Shown: positions 23,571 through 31,179 of the stretch, one piece after another
How positions within the stretch are numbered: position 1 is the first letter of the stretch
Layout: the number at the start of each line of letters is the position of its first letter
DNA from: Candidatus Omnitrophota bacterium
GTDB lineage: Bacteria; CG03
DNA length: 46,468 nucleotides
Assembly (NCBI GenBank): GCA_013791745.1
Contig: VMTH01000153.1
Location: 1 to 46,468 of the forward strand
Direction: 5' to 3'
Notes under the pieces: model-generated
What the model was told of the DNA's origin: nothing
Database searches by the model: none
Seen by the model: only the letters and a program-made list of their open reading frames with translations
Made by a program: the position numbers and the translations under genes

Positions 23571-24452
23571 TTAGTAATGATAGCCAATGAAAAAACCGAA
23601 ATGTCCGCCCCCAGCGTTACCACTCCAGTCTCCTATAGTTATTTTTGCATACGACGATTTCATTTCTAATCCTATGTTAAAACTTTCATTTAGTGTCCAG
23701 TACACACCGCCCCCTATCCAATAACCCGTACCGCTATCAGAGATGGAACCCAAATCATATCCACCGGAAGAATATGTCACTTCGCCTCTGATAAAAGAAA
23801 TTCCTCCGCCAATAAATGGTCGAACATTTAAATTTCGATCCCAAATTTTGCGAATTCCTATATTCAGCTCGGAGAGTTTAGCCTCACAATCTATCCAGCC
23901 ATAGTAATAGAAAGTTCCTTCTCCAATGGAATTTGAATAGTCGACAACAAGACTCACCGGCCAATGCTGTTCTTTAAAGTCAAAAGCTATACCTGCTTCA
24001 TCTTGTTCCTCTACAGGCGTCCAGTCTTCTTCCTTTAAGGCCTTCGCCCCGAAATAAATGTTAATATTCCCAGTCCAGTTTTCCTGTTGATATTGGCTGT
24101 TTCTTTTAGGTTGTCGAAGATTTTCTTTTTCTTCTGCCTCAATTGTTTTTTCCAATTTTCTGATTTCATCATCAAGGTCTTTAGCAGGTTTTTCTTCGCT
24201 TTGTTGAAGCAATCTTAAATTTTCCTCAACTGGAATAAGATACATGGAATCAATGCCTTTAGTTTCATATTTCTGAATTAGTCTATTTAAGAAATTTATC
24301 TGAGCGCTCTTTCCTGCCGGCTTTATAACTCGTTCATAATATTGCATATCACTCGCAAGAGATTCTTTTAAATCTTCTTGCGCGGCATGCGCTGAATTTG
24401 AGGAAAATATAAATACTCCGCACAAAACAGACAATAAAAAAAACTTGTTCAT
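23571..24452 (-). CDS. Secreted protein: charged coiled-coil-like N-terminal half plus small C-terminal OMP-type beta-barrel
   Basis: Signal peptide ..SSNSAHA/AQ. E/K-rich segment (EEKPAKDLDDEIRKLEKTIEAEEKENL). C-terminal alternating Gly/aromatic strands ending GFFIGYHY. GGAGG RBS. Confidence 0.55.
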   Translation of the reverse strand: MNKFFLLSVLCGVFIFSSNSAHAAQEDLKESLASDMQYYERVIKPAGKSAQINFLNRLIQKYETKGIDSMYLIPVEENLRLLQQSEEKPAKDLDDEIRKLEKTIEAEEKENLRQPKRNSQYQQENWTGNINIYFGAKALKEEDWTPVEEQDEAGIAFDFKEQHWPVSLVVDYSNSIGEGTFYYYGWIDCEAKLSELNIGIRKIWDRNLNVRPFIGGGISFIRGEVTYSSGGYDLGSISDSGTGYWIGGGVYWTLNESFNIGLEMKSSYAKITIGDWSGNAGGGHFGFFIGYHY

Positions 24453-24536
24453 TTTTTCCTCCCTCTATCAAATTTAACTTTTTTGGAATATATTCGCAAG
24501 GTTCAAGCAAAACCTGATTTTATTTCTCTGCGGGCA

Positions 24537-25124
24537 TCAGCTCGGGACGCAGTCGTTTATGATACTCAGCATATCCTGAAGTGTGTCATAACCTTCGGGA
24601 AGGGCCATCCACCATCGGAAGAACACAATATTTGAGCCGCTTTTAAATTTGAATTCTTCGATTGTGCCGTCGCATCCTATGGAGGCATTCGCGGATGAGT
24701 TTATCAAACCTTTTCTGCTATGGACCAGATCTTTTAGGAGATTGAGGACTTCCATCGCTTTTTCTTTGGAGATTTCAGCTTCGGTTTTGGGAATAGGTCC
24801 GCCCCTGCGACGTTCATCATAGGAGTAACCGTCTCTTTTAAATTCTTCGCATGCTGCAAAGTATTTGTCTTTGCGCCTGTAAATGCCCGTCTGCCATGGC
24901 CTGTGGAAAGACGGCAGTGTGATAAATTCAAGACGCTCAAAGTCTTCTATATTATCAGAAAATATGATCTTTTCCTCCAACATGGCTTCCGGCCGATAAG
25001 GTTTCCATTTTTTATGGATTGTTTTGCCTGTCTTAGCGCTCCATTCCGTGCATTCGCCACCGCCTAATTTTGTTTGCAGGCCGTATTTCGGCCTAATCCT
25101 TTTGAATCCCAGTTCTTCTTTCAT
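24537..25124 (-). CDS. Hypothetical cytoplasmic protein (195 aa), no recognisable domain
   Basis: ORF with GGGAG RBS 7 nt upstream of the ATG. No signal peptide. No motif recognised. Confidence 0.5.
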   Translation of the reverse strand: MKEELGFKRIRPKYGLQTKLGGGECTEWSAKTGKTIHKKWKPYRPEAMLEEKIIFSDNIEDFERLEFITLPSFHRPWQTGIYRRKDKYFAACEEFKRDGYSYDERRRGGPIPKTEAEISKEKAMEVLNLLKDLVHSRKGLINSSANASIGCDGTIEEFKFKSGSNIVFFRWWMALPEGYDTLQDMLSIINDCVPS

Positions 25125-25427
25125 AATTTTCTCCCTTCATTCAGTTCCGCAACGGGCCAAAAATATTATCAATAGCCCGCGCCGCCAAAGAAATAACTAT
25201 TTTTGCACCCCCCCCTATATATGTATGGTGCATTGGAGGCCTAAACGTTACATCTTGTTGGCCAAATGTCCAAAATTTCAACATGGGAAGTGATATTAGT
25301 TACTGTGTGGAAATGGTTATTTTTTCTCATCTGATTCAAAAGCGTGAAGATTGCTTGTTTTTTAGCTAATGTTCACGGTTATGGTGACACAAGCGTGAAA
25401 AGATGTATCGCGCAATCGCGTACTGAT

Positions 25428-25871
25428 TTAGAAGGACCAGTTAATAAAAGGCATAACAGGTAAGACGCCGCCTTTGTCTATTATGTTGATGAGACCGATT
25501 TGCAGGCCCTTTAAACTCCCGGCATAATTTACCACGCCAAGTTGCAGGCCTTTTGCATTTCCGGCATAATTCACAAATCCCATTTGCAGGCCGCTGAAAT
25601 CCCCCTTACTGATATTTCCTAAAAAATTATACTGCCAGCCGGTGAACGATGAATCCGCCAAGCCAACCAGGCCCAGGTCCACCCCCTCCACGGATTCATT
25701 GCGGCCGTAAAGAAAGTTGAGGCGCAAACCCGATATAGATGTTTCAGCGCTTACAAGCTGTACCGGATCAACCAGCGCCAGCTGCAGGGGTTTTGTGCCT
25801 GCCTGTGCCGCTGCCGCAAAAGCGAGCGCAATAATGATCGTTTCAAGCAAAGTCTTAAAATTTCTTTTCAT
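25428..25871 (-). CDS. Small secreted protein with tandem G-L-Q-x-G-x-x-N-x-A repeats
   Basis: Signal peptide (IIIALAFAAAAQA). Repeats GLRLNFLYGRN, GVDLGLVGLAD, GLQMGFVNYAGNAK, GLQLGVVNYAGSLK, GLQIGLINIID. GGGAGG RBS. Confidence 0.6.
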   Translation of the reverse strand: MKRNFKTLLETIIIALAFAAAAQAGTKPLQLALVDPVQLVSAETSISGLRLNFLYGRNESVEGVDLGLVGLADSSFTGWQYNFLGNISKGDFSGLQMGFVNYAGNAKGLQLGVVNYAGSLKGLQIGLINIIDKGGVLPVMPFINWSF

Positions 25872-26020
25872 TTCACACCTCCCGATAGTTCAATTGTCGC
25901 AATAGTGCTCCCATAATACAAGGGTCGCTTTAATGGCCCGGAGACTAAAAAATAGTATCTGCGCCTCGGCGGCTTTTCCTTTTTGTGTTCAGTATCATTG
26001 TAGTCAAGCAAAGTGATAAT

Positions 26021-26049
26021 TCGCCATTTTTTTTATTTTGTGTTAAAAT
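26021..26049 (+). promoter_or_regulatory. Possible extended -10 promoter for the zinc-ribbon/ssnA gene pair
   Basis: -35-like TCGCCA (26021-26026), 17-nt spacer counted to the -10 hexamer TAAAAT (26044-26049), which carries the extended TGt at 26041-26043. About 50 nt upstream of the ATG at 26099. Confidence 0.35.
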
Positions 26050-26098
26050 GACAAGCATGGCCCTGAAGATTTTAGGCCGGAAAGGCACGGAGGAATAA

Positions 26099-26521
26099 AT
26101 GGATTGTCCTAAATGTAAAAAACTTCTGAGCAGCGGGATTTTCGCTGATGTCGTTTATCACAAGTGCGAAAGCTGCGGCGGGTTCTGGTTTGATAAGGAC
26201 GAGCTGAAAGAAATCAAAAAACAGAAAGACTGGTTCAAGCTGGATTCCGGAGTCAGCGGTGCGACATCAAAATCCTACAGGGGCGAATTGAAATGTCCGC
26301 GCTGCGATGAGAAACTGCACACCATAGAATACGCACAGGAAAGCGGTATCAAGGTCGATATCTGTTCCGGATGTGACGGGCTGTGGCTGGATTCGGGGGA
26401 ACTCAAAGCCATACATGAGGCGTGTGCGACCTGGATAGAAAAGCTGAAAGAAAAAGCGGAAGAAGAATTAATAGCGATAGAACTTTTTTTAATAGAAGCG
26501 GGGAAGTTTTCGCCGCAGTAA
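26099..26521 (+). CDS. Double zinc-ribbon protein (two zf-TFIIB-type CxxC..CxxCxGxWxD modules)
   Basis: CPKCKK..CESCGGFWFDKDELKEI and CPRCDE..CSGCDGLWLDSGELKAI. GGAGG RBS. Confidence 0.65.
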   Translation: MDCPKCKKLLSSGIFADVVYHKCESCGGFWFDKDELKEIKKQKDWFKLDSGVSGATSKSYRGELKCPRCDEKLHTIEYAQESGIKVDICSGCDGLWLDSGELKAIHEACATWIEKLKEKAEEELIAIELFLIEAGKFSPQ

Positions 26522-26534
26522 ATAAGGAGAATTT

Positions 26535-27875
26535 ATGAGCAGGATTTTAATCAAGAACGGGACCGTGTTTGACGGAAAGAATGTGAGAAAAGCGGATATC
26601 TATATCAAAGACGGCAAGATTGACGCCGTCGCTTCCAAAATTAAAAGATCGGGCGTGCAGGTGATAGACGCTTCCGGCAAAGTTGTTCTGCCGGGTTTTA
26701 TATGCGCGCATCATCATCTTTATTCCACGATGGCCCGCGGCATGGGAATTCCGGGAACGCCCGCGAAAAATTTTCAGGAAGTGTTAGACAGATTGTGGTG
26801 GCCGCTGGACAGGGCGCTGGATAAGGAAGACCTTTATCTTTCGGCCCTTTACGCTCTCGGCGAATGCATACGCTGGGGCACAACGACGATAATAGATCAT
26901 CACGAGAGCCAGAATTTTCAGAAAGGTTCGCTTGATACTCTGATGAAAGCCTGCGAGAAAGCCGGCATCCGCGCCGCGCTTACGCTCGGCTCAAGCGACA
27001 GATACGGCAAGGGCATGGAAGGCGTCGAGGAGAATGAAAGGTTCCTGAAAAAACTTAAAAAAGAAAAACACCCGCTGATACAGTGCATGGTAGGACTTCA
27101 CGCGGCTTTTACCGCAAATGATAAAACCTTAAAGGCCTCAGCCGATCTGGCGAAAAAATACAATTGCGGTTTGCATATCCATGTGGCGGAAGCCAAATCG
27201 GACGAAGACGCCTCGGTGAAAAAACACAGAATGAGAGTTGTTGAGAGACTGAATAAATTAGGCGCTCTCGGTAAAAAAACGATACTCGTGCACTGCGTTC
27301 ACACAAACGACAAAGAGGCGGCGCTTATCAAAAAAACAGATTCCATTGTTGTGCACAACTCCGAATCCAATATGAACAACGCTGTGGGCTGGTCTGATGT
27401 GCTGACCTTTCTCAAAAAGGGCGTTCTCACCGGTCTCGGCAGCGATGGCATGAGTTCCAATATGCTCCAGCAGCTCCGCTGCGCTTATCTGATAGCGCGT
27501 CACGCCAAAGGCGATCCGAGGGTGGGGTTTATGGAAGCTCCGACGATGTTATTGCAGAACAACGCGCAAATCGCTTCCCGCATATTCGGCGGTTCCTTCG
27601 GCTCAATAGCGAAGGGAAAGGTCGCGGACATCGCCATTATGGATTATTTTCCGCCCACGCCTCTTAATTCCGGAAATTTCCTCGGCCATCTTATTTTCGG
27701 CCTTGTTAACTGCCAGGTGGACACGACAATCGCGAGCGGGAGGATTCTCATGAAGAACAAGAAGATCCTTGCTTTCGACGAGAAAAAACTTTCCGAAGCC
27801 ATATCCAAAAGGGCTCCGGAGTTCTGGAAAAGATTCAACAAAGAGGCAACAACAAAAAAGAGCTGGAAAGTCTGA
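26535..27875 (+). CDS. ssnA: SsnA-type amidohydrolase (chlorohydrolase/aminohydrolase superfamily)
   Basis: HxH metal motif (FICAHHHLY). The blocks LWWPLDRALDKEDLY, IIDHHES, GVEENERF, HNSESNMNNAVGW and DYFPPTPL match my recollection of E. coli SsnA. Confidence 0.7.
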   Translation: MSRILIKNGTVFDGKNVRKADIYIKDGKIDAVASKIKRSGVQVIDASGKVVLPGFICAHHHLYSTMARGMGIPGTPAKNFQEVLDRLWWPLDRALDKEDLYLSALYALGECIRWGTTTIIDHHESQNFQKGSLDTLMKACEKAGIRAALTLGSSDRYGKGMEGVEENERFLKKLKKEKHPLIQCMVGLHAAFTANDKTLKASADLAKKYNCGLHIHVAEAKSDEDASVKKHRMRVVERLNKLGALGKKTILVHCVHTNDKEAALIKKTDSIVVHNSESNMNNAVGWSDVLTFLKKGVLTGLGSDGMSSNMLQQLRCAYLIARHAKGDPRVGFMEAPTMLLQNNAQIASRIFGGSFGSIAKGKVADIAIMDYFPPTPLNSGNFLGHLIFGLVNCQVDTTIASGRILMKNKKILAFDEKKLSEAISKRAPEFWKRFNKEATTKKSWKV

Positions 27876-27897
27876 GTTCGGGAAATTGTAACAGATT

Positions 27898-28611
27898 ATG
27901 AATGGGCTTGATCGCGGCAAAATAGCAAGGCGCAGGTTTATTCAGTGGTGCCTTTTGCCGATTGTACCGATTACTATTGCTTTGGGCTGGAAATACCCCT
28001 TGCTTGGTTTCAGCGTTTTGCTGGTCATGATAACAGCGATGGCGGGTGGTGTTTTAGGGGGGCGCTATGTTTGCGGAACTTTGTGTCCGCGCGGCAGTTT
28101 TTTTGACAGAATTGTCCAAAAAATCAGTTTTAACTCCCCAATCCCGACCGCCTTCAGAAATAAAAAATTCAGATGGCTCCTTTTTGCGGCTATGATGGGG
28201 TTCATGATTTTCCGCATTTCTCAAAATCCAACCAGTATGGTGCATTGGGGGCGGGTGTTTTGGCTCATGTGTGTTATCACCACAGTCATAGGATTGACTG
28301 TGGGCATACTTATTCATCCGCGGGCGTGGTGCGCTTTTTGTCCCATGGGGACGATGCAGAACGCTTTGGGCGGCAGGAAATATCAACTTAAGATTGACGC
28401 AGAAGCCTGTCTGGAATGCGGGCTGTGTGAAAAGGCCTGCCCTCTCTCTCTGCCCATTGTTAAATACAAAAATGACGGGTTTGTGCAGAATACGGATTGT
28501 CTGAATTGCCCGGAATGTGCCGCGGCCTGTCCCGTAAATGCTTTGACACGAACTGCAAGCAAATCAACTTTAGTATCATCGGAAGCTTCTCAATATGATA
28601 ATGTCAACTAA
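27898..28611 (+). CDS. Membrane-bound 4Fe-4S protein (NapH/MauN-like)
   Basis: Several TM helices, CGTLCPRG and CAFCPMG motifs, and a C-terminal 2x[4Fe-4S] ferredoxin (CLECGLCEKACP, CLNCPECAAACP). Confidence 0.7.
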   Translation: MNGLDRGKIARRRFIQWCLLPIVPITIALGWKYPLLGFSVLLVMITAMAGGVLGGRYVCGTLCPRGSFFDRIVQKISFNSPIPTAFRNKKFRWLLFAAMMGFMIFRISQNPTSMVHWGRVFWLMCVITTVIGLTVGILIHPRAWCAFCPMGTMQNALGGRKYQLKIDAEACLECGLCEKACPLSLPIVKYKNDGFVQNTDCLNCPECAAACPVNALTRTASKSTLVSSEASQYDNVN

Positions 28612-28659
28612 GCCGGTTTATTCATAATGAGGAACGCCAAAGGAATTCAATAAGCGGGT

Positions 28660-29397
28660 ATGTCATATAAAAATATATTTACTAAGTTGATTAAAGAAAT
28701 CCGCTGTTTTATTGTACTTTTGATTTCGATATCCGGTTATGTGGTAAAACATAAGACTATCCCCAGAACAATCGCGATACTGTTCTCGCTTGCTTTTTCT
28801 ATATATATCGTCAAATACCAGCCGCATAATTATAAATTAGCCATTTGCTATTTTATATTGATTGAAACCGTTTACATAAGTTTCATCACGCTCGTTCTTT
28901 CAGAAAACGGTTTTCGTCATTGGTTTATTAAAACGGCGGGTAATGAACATGAAGGATATTTGGTTTTCGAAGCGATACTTGGTTTGATATTTTTTCATAA
29001 TGCGTCAAGTATAGGATATATTGCCTCATCAACCCCGGGAAATTTGCTGGGGTTTTTGCCTAAAAGTTTTTTATTTGTAATATCGGTGATATTGTTCATA
29101 TTCGGCTTTTCCATGAAAATATGGGCGGCAAAGGCGGTATCAATAGATATTTATTATTGGAAAGACATGTTCCTCGGGAGAAAAATCACCGACTTTGTAG
29201 ACGCCGGACCCTATAAATATTTCAACAATCCGATGTATGGTGTCGGGCAACTTACGGGATACGCGCTCGCCATTTGCTATGGTTCAAGATACGGTTTAAC
29301 CGCGGTTATATTAAATCAGATATTATTGTTCTCATTTTTTTATGCGGTAGAGACAAAATTTATTAAAAGAGTTTGCCTAGGCGGCTTTAGTGCTTGA
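28660..29397 (+). CDS. Polytopic membrane protein, phospholipid/isoprenylcysteine methyltransferase-like (PEMT/ICMT family)
   Basis: Multi-TM. C-terminal AGPYKYFNNPMYGVGQLTGYALAI resembles the GPY..(R/N)xPMY signature. AT-rich gene whose 3' end overlaps the purH 3' end by 11 nt (convergent). Confidence 0.5.
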   Translation: MSYKNIFTKLIKEIRCFIVLLISISGYVVKHKTIPRTIAILFSLAFSIYIVKYQPHNYKLAICYFILIETVYISFITLVLSENGFRHWFIKTAGNEHEGYLVFEAILGLIFFHNASSIGYIASSTPGNLLGFLPKSFLFVISVILFIFGFSMKIWAAKAVSIDIYYWKDMFLGRKITDFVDAGPYKYFNNPMYGVGQLTGYALAICYGSRYGLTAVILNQILLFSFFYAVETKFIKRVCLGGFSA

Positions 29398-30547
29398 AAA
29401 CCCGGTGGCCGGTGAAGAGCATTATCATGCCCAGTTTGTCGGCTGCTTTTGTCACTTCCGCGTCGCGGATTGAGCCGCCCGGCTGTATTATGGCTTTGAT
29501 CCCTATTTTTTTGGCCAGTTTTATTGAATCGTCAAAAGGGAAAAAACCGTCGGTGGCAAGAACCATATTTTCTTGTTTCTTTAAATAGCTGCCGCAGATC
29601 TCAATAGCCCGCACCCTGGCCTGAGCGCCGCCGCAGACGGCGAGAGTTTGGCCCTGCGCGGCTATGACAACAGCGTTGGAGGTGGTATTTTTCACGATCT
29701 TCCACGCGAATTCAAGGTCTCTCATCAGGTTTTTGCCGGCTTTCTTTTTTGTCACTGTGACCGGGCGGAAGGAGGGATTCCCTTTATTTTCCGTCACGGT
29801 GCCGAACACGGAGCTTTTGACTGTCGCCACGGCACGCCTGTCCGGGGCTTTGAAAAGAACCGTGTTTTTCCGGCAAAAGGCCGCAAGCGCTTCGCGGGAA
29901 AAATCAGGCGCCACTATACATTCCACAAATTTCTTTGACAGAAACGCGGCACAGTCTTTATCCACACGGCGGTTAAAGGCGTAAACGCCGCCCCATGCGC
30001 TCAAGGGGTCAGCGCCGTAAGCTTTTTTTAAAGCCGGAAGTGATTTTTCCGCCATGGCCGCTCCCGAGGCGTTTCTGTGCTTGATCACGGCGCAGGCGGG
30101 TTTTTTGAATTCGTTCACTATATTATACGCCGCCTCCATATCAAAGATGTTGTTGGAGGACATCTGCTTCCCTGAAATCTGAGAACAACCTCTGGCAAAA
30201 ATAACTTCCGCTTTATCCATGGGGTTTTCACCGTATCTGAGTTTTTGAGTTCCCGTCCTTTCCGGCGTTGCCGGAGCCGCTAGCCGCAATACCCTGCTGT
30301 CATAATCCGAGGTGAGTTTGAAAACTTTCATCGCGAGTTTTGCCGAAATATCGCAGGGGACAAAACCTTTGTCACGCAGCTGGGCAATGATAAGTTTGTA
30401 GTCGTCTGGATCGCAGACCGGAATTACGGAAGAGCAGTTTTTCGCCGCCGCCCGCAAGAGCGCTATGCCCCCGATGTCTATGCTTTCGGGAAGTTTATTC
30501 AGTTTATAAGGAGTGACGCAGACAAGCTCTATGGCTTTGATATTCAA
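29387..30547 (-). CDS. purH: PurH, AICAR transformylase portion (longest intact ORF of an interrupted purH frame)
   Basis: [23 protein letters not shown] (KH catalytic pair), [34 protein letters not shown], C-terminal FTGHRVFKH. Confidence 0.85.
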   Translation of the reverse strand: [386 protein letters not shown]

Positions 30548-30850
30548 TAGCCGCAGCTGTCACCGGTGTGAGGCGTTGGAATTGTCGGCGAGGATTCCCG
30601 CGAAAATTTCACGGCTCAAAGTCTTCACACGGCCGTTAAGGATCTCGCCGAGCGGTTCCGAGGCGGCTTGTTTGACGGGGATTTTTCTTTCTTTGAGATA
30701 TTTATAGGTGCCGCCGGTGGCGAGCAGCTCAGCTCCCTGTGACGCGAGAGCTTTAGCGAAAAGTCACAGGCCCTTTTTATCGCTGACACTTATGAGCGCT
30801 CTTTTTATCTGTATGCCGCCTTGCACCTTCGTTAATCGCTTAAACGGCAT
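30548..30850 (-). pseudogene. purH: N-terminal MGS/IMP-cyclohydrolase part of purH, same frame as the downstream ORF but broken by two in-frame TGA codons
   Basis: The minus-strand frame reads (M)[88 protein letters not shown]. TGA at 30764-30766 and 30560-30562. Possible starts are ATG 30850 or GTG 30826. Confidence 0.7.
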
Positions 30851-31169
30851 TCTCGCCGTATTCGCCCGTGCGTATCCTCACGGTTTCATGTATGTCGTAA
30901 ATAAATATTTTTCCATCGCCCAAATGGCCGGTCTGCGTCGTCTCTATAATAAGATCCAGGGCTTTCTGCAGCTCGCTGTCTCTGACAACAAGTTCAAGTT
31001 TGATTTTAGGGAATTCAAAAAATCGTTTTTCTTTTTGCTTGAGGTCGCCCCTTTGCAGGCCTATTCCGCGCACATGCGAAACTATCATCCCCCCTATGTT
31101 AAGAGGATAAAGAATGTTTTTCACGCGTTCCAGCCGGTCCGCGGGAAAGATAGCGTCTATTTTTTTCAT
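30840..31169 (-). CDS. P-II-family signal-transduction protein with a divergent, shortened T-loop
   Basis: MKKIDAIFPADRLERVKN.. and the B-loop signature TQTGHLGDGKIFIYD. The T-loop reads RGIGLQRGDLKQKEKRFFEF and lacks the YRGAEY uridylylation signature. Confidence 0.85.
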   Translation of the reverse strand: MKKIDAIFPADRLERVKNILYPLNIGGMIVSHVRGIGLQRGDLKQKEKRFFEFPKIKLELVVRDSELQKALDLIIETTQTGHLGDGKIFIYDIHETVRIRTGEYGENAV

Positions 31170-31179
31170 GAAAAGAGGG

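Larger units (their letters stand above)
20780..25400. other. AT-rich accessory island (Mrr, HEPN protein, two unknown ORFs) with no recognisable mobility gene
   Basis: Composition drops abruptly after the stop at 20772. A 60-nt sample at 21001-21060 has 19 G+C, against 38 G+C at 19001-19060. Gene content is non-housekeeping. Confidence 0.65.

Noticed and set aside
25340-25399. Direct 9-mer repeat AAGCGTGAA at 25340-25348 and 25391-25399 in the 303-nt intergenic region
   Set aside because: A single 9-mer coincidence in ~300 nt is not improbable by chance (order of 0.1-0.2). No palindromic character or adjacent promoter elements were seen.
20780-25430. Search for island att sites or mobility genes
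   Set aside because: Only a trivial shared AAATAACT 8-mer occurs near both borders. There is no integrase, transposase or bordering tRNA, so I do not call the island a mobile element.
30560-30766. Idea that the two in-frame TGA codons in purH reflect genome-wide TGA reassignment (code 4 or 25)
   Set aside because: TGA clearly terminates many neighbouring genes. These include nadK, the beta-helix gene, crp at 11413-11415, the HEAT gene at 17268-17270, DUF116, aroQ, the M24 peptidase, accC, the deacetylase and mltG, several of them in ATGA overlaps. The standard code therefore applies.
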